Of a stretch of DNA of 64,000 bases, positions 1 through 64,000 are shown in pieces. The notes under the pieces are model-generated. The model had not been told where the DNA came from. It was given only the letters and a program-made list of their open reading frames with translations, and made no database searches. The position numbers and the translations under genes were made by a program. How positions within the stretch are numbered: position 1 is the first letter of the stretch; each line of letters opens with the position of its first letter. Origin of the DNA: Octopus bimaculoides (lineage: Eukaryota); contig NC_068984.1 of NCBI RefSeq assembly GCF_001194135.2, forward strand, positions 100,112,016 to 100,176,015, given 5' to 3'.

Positions 1-128
1 AAGATCTGGGCAAAATGTTATAATGCATGACCATCATTGGCACATAAGTAATGTGTGTGTAAAGTTTGGTAAAAATCGGTTAAAAACTGTAGAAATGCAT
101 ATGTACTACACACACACGTCCTTTGTTT

Positions 129-179
<51 letters not shown>

Positions 180-2386
180 NNNNNNNNNNNNNNNNNNNNN
201 NNNNNNNNNNNNNNNNNNNNNNNNNNNNNNNNNNNNNNNNNNNNNNNNNNNNNNNNNNNNNNNNNNNNNNNNNNNNNNNNNNNNNNNNNNNNNNNNNNNN
301 NNNNNNNNNNNNNNNNNNNNNNNNNNNNNNNNNNNNNNNNNNNNNNNNNNNNNNNNNNNNNNNNNNNNNNNNNNNNNNNNNNNNNNNNNNNNNNNNNNNN
401 NNNNNNNNNNNNNNNNNNNNNNNNNNNNNNNNNNNNNNNNNNNNNNNNNNNNNNNNNNNNNNNNNNNNNNNNNNNNNNNNNNNNNNNNNNNNNNNNNNNN
501 NNNNNNNNNNNNNNNNNNNNNNNNNNNNNNNNNNNNNNNNNNNNNNNNNNNNNNNNNNNNNNNNNNNNNNNNNNNNNNNNNNNNNNNNNNNNNNNNNNNN
601 NNNNNNNNNNNNNNNNNNNNNNNNNNNNNNNNNNNNNNNNNNNNNNNNNNNNNNNNNNNNNNNNNNNNNNNNNNNNNNNNNNNNNNNNNNNNNNNNNNNN
701 NNNNNNNNNNNNNNNNNNNNNNNNNNNNNNNNNNNNNNNNNNNNNNNNNNNNNNNNNNNNNNNNNNNGTGTTTGCTATTGTATATGCGTGTGTTGTTTAT
801 GCCCGTGTGTGTATGATTGTATGCGTGTCTGTGTGAGTGTGTAGTGTTGGTGAGAAGTGTGTGTATGTGGGTGTGTGCGTGTGTGTGTATATGTGTGGAT
901 GTGCGTGTGTGTGTGGGATTGTGAGTGTTAGGTACGGGTGTGTGTGTGTTTATGTGTGTCTGTATGTGTTTCCGTGTGCGCGTGTGTGTATATTTTTTGT
1001 GCGTGCGTGTATGTGTATATTGTGTATGTTTTCGTGCGTGCGTATGTGTTATGTATATGAGTGAGTATTGTGTATGTGAGAGGTGTGTGTGCATGTGTGT
1101 ATATGTGTATGTGTGCATGTGTGTATATGTGTATGTATATATATATATTGACAGACAGCATATTGACAGACCGGTCACTAGTCAATCTTATATACACAAG
1201 TACTATAATCTTTTTAGGATCTCCCCAAAAATTTTTTCATGAACCTTCTGATTCTTTTAATGTGCTAGTTTCCTGGTATTAAATTGATATTAATTAATAT
1301 CGAATTTTTACCATATTATGTTAATTATATATATATATATATATGTCTGTGCATATTTGTATATGTGTATGTATATACGTATGTGTGTGTGTGCATGGCT
1401 GCACATACACACAGATGTTGATGGGTGCATGGATGTGTGGTTTAGAAATTTATGTTAAAACCACATGGTTTAGGGTTAATTCTTGGTGTGTGGTACTGTG
1501 GGCAAGTGTCTTCCAGTATAGCCTTAGGTTGACCAATGTCTTGAGAATAATTGGTAGATAGAAACTAAATGAAAAACATACATGCATTCATATACACGTA
1601 CATATATATATATATATATATACATATATGTATGCATATATATATATATATATATATANNNNNNNNNNNNNNNNNNNNNNNNNNNNNNNNNNNNNNNNNN
1701 NNNNNNNNNNNNNNNNNNNNNNNNNNNNNNNNNNNNNNNNNNNNNNNNNNNNNNNNNNNNNNNNNNNNNNNNNNNNNNNNNNNNNNNNNNNNNNNNNNNN
1801 NNNNNNNNNNNNNNNNNNNNNNNNNNNNNNNNNNNNNNNNNNNNNNNNNNNNNNNNNNNNNNNNNNNNNNNNNNNNNNNNNNNNNNNNNNNNNNNNNNNN
1901 NNNNNNNNNNNNNNNNNNNNNNNNNNNNNNNNNNNNNNNNNNNNNNNNNNNNNNNNNNNNNNNNNNNNNNNNNNNNNNNNNNNNNNNNNNNNNNNNNNNN
2001 NNNNNNNNNNNNNNNNNNNNNNNNNNNNNNNNNNNNNNNNNNNNNNNNNNNNNNNNNNNNNNNNNNNNNNNNNNNNNNNNNNNNNNNNNNNNNNNNNNNN
2101 NNNNNNNNNNNNATATATATATATATATATATGTGAGTGTATCTTTGGCGATTTTCTTCCTCCATCTTCACTTCTTTTGGACTTTTCTCTATTTCTGAAG
2201 CAGAGCTTTGCTCAAAACCTAAAATCCTCTTTCTTTCCTTTCCTGAGCATCTGATAATACAGTACTTGTACCACGTCCTCACGTCATTGTTTTTTCTTGT
2301 TTGTTCTTCTTTGTTTGGATTCAATATATATATATATATGTGTGTGCATGTGTGTGTGTGTGTGTGTGTATGTATGTGTGTGTGTG

Positions 2387-2426
<40 letters not shown>

Positions 2427-3692
2427 TATATATATGTGTGTGTGTGTGTGCATATAAAATTTTGTGTGGATTAACGATACAACCATTGATTTCATATAGA
2501 AAAGATCTCCACTATCTTCAAGCAATCCACTTGGGAATGTTGGTAATTGTTTCCATTTTGGATGAGATTACATAAGATTACACAAGACTATGGAGGATTC
2601 CAGAATAAATACACAGTTGAGGGAAGGTGATTTATAAGGATTTCTGAATTGCTATCTCTTGCACTAGCCCTGGATTTTTCCAAGAATTTGTGTTCACCAT
2701 AGATCGATTAATTTGTTAATTGTATTCTGTAATATTGTTCATGCACTCCCACATTTATAAATACATATATATTTCTACAGCATTTCTTTTGTTGATGTTT
2801 GAGCATGTGAATAATTATCATTTGTGGATTTAAAATTAGTCTATGAGGCTGCAATTTCAGAAATATATTTATTAGTTCATATGCATATATTTTTGTGAAT
2901 TGTGTGATTTCATGAATATATGTTGTGTTTATGTTATACATATATTTGTAGTTAAGAATTTCAGCAGGATTTCCAGGGAGTATATTAGTGTAATGCATAT
3001 TGTGCTTGGTATTGATCCTTAGAAATAGAGGCACACACAAACCCCATATAAATTGGGATATCATAGTCAAGACCAGCAAATATAGAGGATGGGGCAGCAA
3101 GTGTGACTTCTGTATCACAGAAAAATTAAACATAACATCAACAGAGAACATTTTGAATATTAAGGAAGAAACCTTCTCCCCTTGCATGCACAAACATCAA
3201 TTCATACTATGAAATTTGAAGCCTGACTCCCACTCCCCTCACTCACTCACTTTACCAGCTATCTAACCAGGGTAAAACTTTAAAATTTTGGATATTGATT
3301 ATATGTACAATTTGCATTACACAGGTATATGTACAGAAAATCCAGCTCCAAAAAGGCCTCCTGATAGCAAATGAGAATGGACACCAGCCAGCCCAAAGGC
3401 TGGGGTGGGCTGCACCTGCCTACCTCAGTTGCTATGGCATTGAGGTAGATCCAGCTACCCCCGTTAACGAGGAAAAAACCCGGATCTAAAACACTTGTTG
3501 ATGATGATGATGATGATACCCAGGAATTCATGCTGAAATTCTTAGATACACATATATGTATCACATATGCATAACATATATTCATGACACATTATGATTC
3601 ACAAAAATACATGTATATGAACTTAAATATTTTTTTGTGAACTTGCAACATCATGGACTAATTTTGCAGCAAAATCTTGTGAAATCTTAATA

Positions 3693-3863
3693 GGCGCAGG
3701 AGTGGCTGTGTGGTAAGTAGCTTGCTTACCAACCACATGGTTCCAGGTTCATTCCCACTGTGTGGCACCTTGGGCAAGTGTCATCTACTATAGCCTCGGG
3801 CCGACCAAAGCCTTGTGAGTGGATTTGGTAGACGAAAACTGAAAGAAGCCCATCGTATATATG

Positions 3864-3929
<66 letters not shown>

Positions 3930-4092
3930 TGTGTGTATGTTTGTCCCCCGTCAATTAGCGGTTCGGCAAAAGAGACCGATAGAATAAGTACTAGGCTTAC
4001 AAAGAGTAAGTCCTGAGGTCGATTTGCTCGACTAAAAGTGGTGCTCCAGCATGGCCGCAGTCAAATGACTGAAACAAGTAAAAGAGTAAAAT
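3693..4092 (+). mobile_element. tRNA-derived SINE family A, near full length, with internal (TA)n(TG)n
   Basis: Head ggcgcaggagtggctgtgtggtaag...ggttcattccc (A/B-box-like), tail gtcaaatgactgaaacaagtaaaagag; many copies in the window. Confidence 0.85.
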
Positions 4093-4881
4093 GATATGTA
4101 CATGCTCAAACATCAACAAATTACATGATGTATATATATAAAATAATGGGAGTGTATGAATGTTCTTGCATAAGATAAGGAATTAATTAAACTATGGAGA
4201 ACACAAATTCTTGCAAAAATCCATGGTTGGTACAAGGAAGATAACAAGAAATTCTTATAAGTTTCCTCCCTTGATCTATGTCTTTATTATGAATTCCTGC
4301 ATATTTTCATGTAACTTCATGTATTCTCACCCAAAAGAGAGACAGTTACCAGCATTCTTAAGTGGATTGCTTGAAGATTGTGGAGATCTTTTCCCCATAA
4401 AATAACTGGTTGCCTTGTTAATCCACAAATAATGACATTTTTACCAGCAGCTTTGTTGCCTATGCCTACCATAAAACCATGTCCAGCCATTGAGAGATTC
4501 CTTGTGTGAGATATCTGATGAATAAGCACCTTACTTGAGAAACAATTGTTAGTAACAGGAAGGGTATCCAACCATACAACACTACCTCAAATAGGTCTCA
4601 TCCAATCCATGCCAGCATGGGAAATGTGGATGCATTGATGATGATGATGATGATGATGACGACATATACTCCCTGCGCATATGATACATGATACCATGTA
4701 GCTGATTTATAAACATCAATATTCACAGACTTTGACACTAATTCTATTTAACATCCCTGAAGCCATCTTGCTGGAGAATCAAGAATCCAATTCTCTTCTA
4801 TTTCTACCATTTCCGTTCTGTTCTAGAAAGTTCTTCCGTTCTGTTCCACCGTTGCTTTTGTTTTTTTCTTTATTGTTTTGT

Positions 4882-4934
<53 letters not shown>

Positions 4935-5999
4935 CCACTCTCTTGCTATTCACTTCTGCTCCCTCTTCTCTCTCTTTCTTCTCCCACTCATTCCTCTCTC
5001 TCTCATCCTCCTACTTTTCTCTCTTTCTCTCTCATTCTCTCTACTTCCACTCTTTTCTCTCACTCTCTCTCTTTCTTCTTCAAGCTCTCTCCTCCCACTC
5101 TTCTCTCTCTCTCTCCCTCCCCTTCCCCCTCTCTCTCCCTCTTTCTTTCTCCCTCCCCCCCCTCTCTCTCTCTCCATACAGAAGCCAGAGCACTTGCTAT
5201 TGCTGTCACTGTAATTTGAACCCTCTTTCATAATGTTCCTTTAATTTTCTTTGTTCGCTGTTGTTTGTTGTTTTTGTTGTTATCACTGTTATTTATAGTC
5301 ACCATTGTCAGTGCCATATTCATCATTATTGTTACTGGGGATTCATATTGGCCATCATGATGCTGAGGAGTAGGAGTAGGAGAAGCATGTTATAATTTGT
5401 CTTACTATTAACACCAACAGGAAGCTGTTATAACCATAATCAGCATCATCATCATAATCACAAAAACCATTGTCGTGATTTTCATCAGATTTATCAGCAG
5501 CAGTAGCAGCATCTCCATCACTACTACCACCATCACATATATCATTATCATAAACATCATCATGTATACCATCATTTCAATTGTTATTTATGATCTATAA
5601 AAATTACATGCAATGCAGAAATAGCATGAACACAATATTCAAACTGTGAGATATACATAAGGGAAAGAATAGAGAATGTACCATATACATGGAGATTGTA
5701 CAGCGTTGGTGGTGACTGTACTGCATAGGCAGAGAGAGAGAGACTGTATTGTAGAGTTGGTGGTTATGCTGCATCAACCACCAAATGTCCCTTCATTCTA
5801 ACAATATAAGGTTATACTATAATACTCAACTATATAAACACACAAGCACCAGCACGTGCACACAGAAGGGACAAGCATACTAGGAAGTACATGTGACACT
5901 GTTTCAACATTCATATCATATATAGGAAACATAGTCAAGAAGGCAAAGCTCTGCAGAAATATATCTGAGTGGTCACAAATATCTTTTGTCCTTCTTATC

Positions 6000-6238
6000 T
6001 TTTACTTGTTTCAATCATTAGGCTGCAGCCATGCTGGGGCAACACCTTGATGAATTTTTAGATAAATGAATCAACCCCAGTACTTATTATTTGTTTTTTC
6101 TTTGTTTTTTTTTTTAAGCCTGGTACTTTCTCTAGTGATTTCTTTTGTCAAACCACTAAATTACAGGGATGTAAACACACCAGCACCGGTTGTCAAGCAA
6201 TGGTGGGGGACAAACACAGACACAAAGACACTCACACT

Positions 6239-6293
<55 letters not shown>

Positions 6294-6480
6294 ATGGATG
6301 GATGGATGGATGGACGGACTGACACAATAGGCTTCTTTCAGTTTCCATCTACCAAATCCACTTACAAGGCTTTGGTTGACCTGAGACTATAGTAGAAGAC
6401 ACTTGCCCAAGGTGCCATGCAGTGGAACTGAACTTGGAGCCATGTGGCTGAGAAACAAGATTCTTACCAGACATCCATGC
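6000..6480 (-). mobile_element. SINE family A copy
   Basis: Reverse complement of the 3693-4092 family with an expanded microsatellite. Confidence 0.8.
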
Positions 6481-7869
6481 CTTCATGTATCACCCTTCAC
6501 CAACAGAAAACAAAAATAATAGTGTATAACAAACAATGTGTTACATACCTCTGAGATTAATGAAATAAATTACTAGACATATGGCATAGGTCATTGTAAT
6601 CAACTATATCCCCCCACCACTCACCAAATTTGAGGCTTCGTACTTATGGAAGAAATCACAGACCTGTCATAAACCCTAATCTGTTCCCAACAAATTAACC
6701 CACTGTAGCCTAATCCTTCAGCAATAAACATCTTATTTCACAGCATTATAAGCTACACCAGAAACAGAGCCAAGTATTCAGCACCCTACGACAGCTTCAC
6801 AATGTGCCTCTGTCCTGTCCTGGTTATGACTATACAGCAAGGACCAGTAGTTTTTAATAAAACTGGACCTGCAGCCTTATGAGTGTGAGCCCAACACTAA
6901 CCACTTGGTCACACACCTTCACTGTTTCATGTACTACAATATATAATGTGCTTCAATGATTTCTTCTTGTAAATGGATAATAGACCAGGGAGAGAGTGTT
7001 ATACTTTTGTGTTCAGTGTGACAGTTTGGGTCATGAAGTTTACAACTTTCATGTTAGCATTGAAATCTGTATATGACATAGGTTTTCTAAAGTAAAATAT
7101 ATTCAGTGGCTTGCAAGTTTGAGGTCTTATATTGAAAACATCTTGGTGTTTTTATTATATATTCTAACTAGGATCAGAATATTCTTACTATATATTCTAT
7201 GGTTAGTTAACGGTACATCTTGTGTACTATTCTTAGGCAAACAGTATATACATCTTACAATCAAACAACCTGAGATACCTTAAAATGCTCGGCCAAGGTC
7301 CCCTTTCACTATCTAGTTGACCGTGTTTGCGCTCAGAGAGACAGAGTGGCTGTAGGTTCGCTACTCAGGCCAACATTTGCGGCAGTCTTTATGGTAAACA
7401 TTTAAACCATCATCATCATCATTGTTTAACGTCCACTCTCCATGCTGGCATGGGTTGGATGGTTTGACATGGAGCTGGTTAGCAGGGAGCTGTCCAGACC
7501 CCAACTGTCTGTTATGGCATGCTTTTCTACAGCTTGATGCTCTTCCTAACAGCAACCACTTTACAGAGTGTACTGGCTCCTTTTTACATGCCACCTGCAT
7601 AGGTGCATTTATGCAGCACTGGTACAGGTGTATTAACACAACACCAGCATGGCTGCTTTTTAAGTGGTACTGGCACCTAAAAGACAAGCCTGTATGTGTG
7701 GAAGACAGCAATTTTACTTCGCCTGATGTGTCTTATCAAGTACAGTAAATCACCACCAGGCACATTCATAACATTTTTATTGTGATAGATATGGAAAAAC
7801 CAGTAGATAATCCTTTAAAAATTACGAACTTAATTCCATCCTTGATTTTACAATCTGACATTCATCTGA

Positions 7870-8080
7870 AGGCAGCAAGCTGGCAGAAACGTTAGCACGC
7901 CGGGCGAAATGCTTAGCGGTATTTTGTCTGTCTTTACGTTCTGAGTTCAAATTCCACCCAGGTCGATTTAGCCTTTCATCCTTTCAGGGTTGATAAAATA
8001 AGTACCACTTGCATACTGGGGTCGATCTTGTCGACTGGCCCCCTCCCACAAAATTTTGGGCCTTAGTACCTAGAGTAGAC
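7870..8080 (+). mobile_element. tRNA-derived SINE family B (core gcctttcatcctttcggggtcgataaa). Further copies near 15545, 16085-16540, 17070, 24135-24570, 28215, 41170-41760, 43780, 55330-55790, 57310
   Basis: Recurrent 210-bp unit with head gagctggcagaaacgttagc, gagttcaaatt B-box-like motif and (ATT)n tail. The central core resembles the Meta/MESC-type SINE domain (inference). Confidence 0.8.
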
Positions 8081-8853
8081 CCAGTATGCAAGGAAAAAAA
8101 AAATCAATAATTGCAGTTTTCTTGTATACATGTAAAGTGATGGTGAGTGTTCAATATATGCTTGCATTCATGCATACTATATATACATGCATGCATGGTT
8201 GTGTGATTAAGAAATTCATTTCATAGCCAAATGGTTTTAGGTTCAGTCCAACAGCATGACACCATGGACAAGTGTCTTTTACTATGGCCCAGGCTGATGA
8301 AAACTTTGTGAGTGAATTTGATAGATGGAAACTGAAAGACCCTTGCAATCTATCTGTTTCTTCATGTATTTTTGTGTATGTTCATGTGTCCTTGTTTTGA
8401 CCAGGGAAATATTACCTCACTCAGAAACGGGTGATGGTTAATGACCAGAAGGGTTTATGGCTGTATAAAACCTGCCTCAACAAATTTCATCTCACCTATG
8501 CAAGTGGACGTTAACATAATGATAATTTGATGATGATGATGATGTATATGATATATACAGTGGGCTTCCACACAGTTTCCATCTACCAAATTGCACACAT
8601 TAAGTATTGGTTAACTTGAGGATATGGTAGAAGATACTTAGAGTAAGGTCCAATGCAGTAGAATTGAACCTGGAATCATGTGGTCATAAATCAAACTTCA
8701 TTACTACACAGCCATACTCAAAACCAGTATTCTAACTTTATAGTTAATAACCGTCCCCATTGTTTTCTCTTTAATGTAACAAATTATTTTAAAATATTAT
8801 ATTAACTACTTTTTGAAGAACATTCTAAATAATAAGTATCTGTTTGTTTGTAG

Positions 8854-62538
<53,685 letters not shown>

Positions 62539-62679
62539 GTAAGTAATATTTTTGACAATACTAACATTACCTGGCATTAGTTTATACCTTTTTGTCTCAG
62601 TCAACATGGCCATAAACCATTTATCATATATATACAGTATTGCTATATTAATATACATACATATATATATATATCCTAC

Positions 62680-63040
62680 ATGGTTCCGGGTTCAGTTCCA
62701 CTGCGTGGCATCTTGGGCAAGTGTCTTCTACTATAGCCTCGGGCTGACCAAAGCCCTGTAAGTGGATTTGGTAGATAGAAACTGAAAGAAGCCCGTCGTA
62801 TATATGTATATATATATATTTGTGTGTGTGTTTGTGTGTCTGTGTTTGTCCCCGCAACATCGCTTGACAACTGATGCTGGTGAGTTTACGTCCCCGTAAC
62901 TTAGCGGTTTGGCAAAAGTGACCAATAGAATAAGTACTAGGCTTACAAAGAATAAGTCCTGGTGTCGATTTGCTCGACTAAAGGCGGTGCTCCAGTATGA
63001 CTGCAGTCAAATGACTGAAACAAATAAAGGAGTAAGAGTA
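62680..63040 (+). mobile_element. SINE family A copy
   Basis: Close to family consensus; head slightly truncated. Confidence 0.82.
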
Positions 63041-63519
63041 ATATATATGTGTGTGTGTGTATGTATGTGTTGTATAAAAAAGTGTTAATCACTAAATGTG
63101 GAAGGAACATATGGAAGAGGTAGTCCTAGGAAGATGTGGGAGGAAGTGGTAAAGACTGACCTCAAGATGTTGTGCCTCTCAGAGAAAATGATAGGGGACT
63201 AAGCTGAATGGCGTTACTCTGTGCTAGTAACAGCAGGGCTGAGGTTCTGTCAAGCCTTCCCCCTCAACCCATCTTCTATTTTCTTCACTTCTTGCTACAT
63301 TGAACTGATATCCTCTGTTTCCAATTCATTCAACATCTGTCACACTATTTTCCTCCAGAGCGCTTCCTATTCTGTCTCATATTCACATTCTCAACTCCTT
63401 CTTCTCTCTCTCTTATGCCATGTATTCACTTCTTCAACAAGAGACCTGCTTTCTCCCTTTATCACAGTTTCTTTCTCTAATCTTTACTCTGCACAGTTGA
63501 GAGATCTTATCTTGCCAAT

Positions 63520-63802
63520 ACTTGGCGATCTCACTGGTACTGATGCCACATAAAAAGCACCCAGTATCCGACCGCAGAAACCATGTCAAAGCAGACATAA
63601 AAACTTGGCAGAACCCTTTCGCTTGTCTGTTCTTGTCAAACCATCCAACCCTTGCCAGCATGGAAAGAGAGACATTAAATGATGATGATGATATATATAT
63701 ATATGACATTAATAAAAATCTGTAAATGTACAAACATCCAGGTTTCTGAGTACCTTAATTAATTTTTTTCTATATAATTTCTGTACATCACCTCCAAACC
63801 AT

Positions 63803-63839
<37 letters not shown>

Positions 63840-64000
63840 TTATAATTATCATCATCATTTAACGTCCGCTTTCCATGCTAGCATGGGTTGGACGATTTGA
63901 CTGAGGACTGGTGAACCAGATGGCTACACCAGGCTCCTATCTGATTTAGCAGAGTTTCTACGGTTGGATGCTCTTCCTAACGCCAACAACTCCGAGAGTG
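63520..64000. mobile_element. Tail-to-tail pair of RTE-related 3' ends (63520-63690 +, 63850-64000 -); other copies near 7410, 36990, 42760, 52350, 52700, 56450
   Basis: Shared end catgccagcatggaaa..gacgttaaa(c/t)gatgatgat, as in the LINE at 25781. Confidence 0.75.

Noticed and set aside
18-2525. Long ORFs of 180-390 aa in the track, and similar ones at 25846-27077, 32718-34617, 39104-39834, 47323-48673, 52755-53218
   Set aside because: They run through N-gaps and (TA)n/(TG)n microsatellites (YIYI, HTHT, CVCV) and have no real coding signal.
3693-3770. tRNA-like sequence with A/B boxes
   Set aside because: It is the head of a high-copy SINE and does not fold into a complete cloverleaf, so it is not called a tRNA gene.
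4732-5233. Leu/Ser-rich and Arg/Glu-rich ORFs, similarly 38746-39064 and 40092-40715
   Set aside because: (CT)n/(GA)n polypyrimidine low-complexity tracts.
1-8853. Search for the upstream Epac exon (DEP domain end, GPDA..RMIL-like)
   Set aside because: No matching peptide with splice sites was found; the region looks wholly intronic, though an exon could be hidden in the two gaps.

Overview
AT-rich, microsatellite-dense eukaryotic genomic DNA with about ten assembly gaps. The repeat content (tRNA-type SINEs, RTE-type LINEs, (TA)n/(TG)n runs) suggests an octopus or other coleoid cephalopod; this is an inference. The window lies inside one large + strand gene, an Epac (RAPGEF4/Epac2-like cAMP-regulated Rap GEF). 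Fifteen internal coding exons (8854-62538, 1663 nt, 554 full codons) were spliced by hand in one continuous frame. They encode the cNMP-binding domain B, the REM domain, the RA domain and the first part of the CDC25-homology domain; both ends of the gene lie outside the window. One intron (36903-38556) is a U12-type AT-AC intron. The introns hold a full-length but decayed Tc1-like element with perfect 30-bp TIRs, Tigger/pogo and mariner remnants, RTE and R4/Dong-like LINE fragments, and many SINE copies. The most unusual features are minimal hammerhead-ribozyme-like motifs in small inverted-repeat inserts (Penelope-like architecture) and two long foldbacks, one a 748-bp palindrome of about 94% arm identity just upstream of an exon. 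Most ORFs in the supplied track are artefacts of N-gaps and microsatellites. All alignments and identities were done by eye; no database searches were run.
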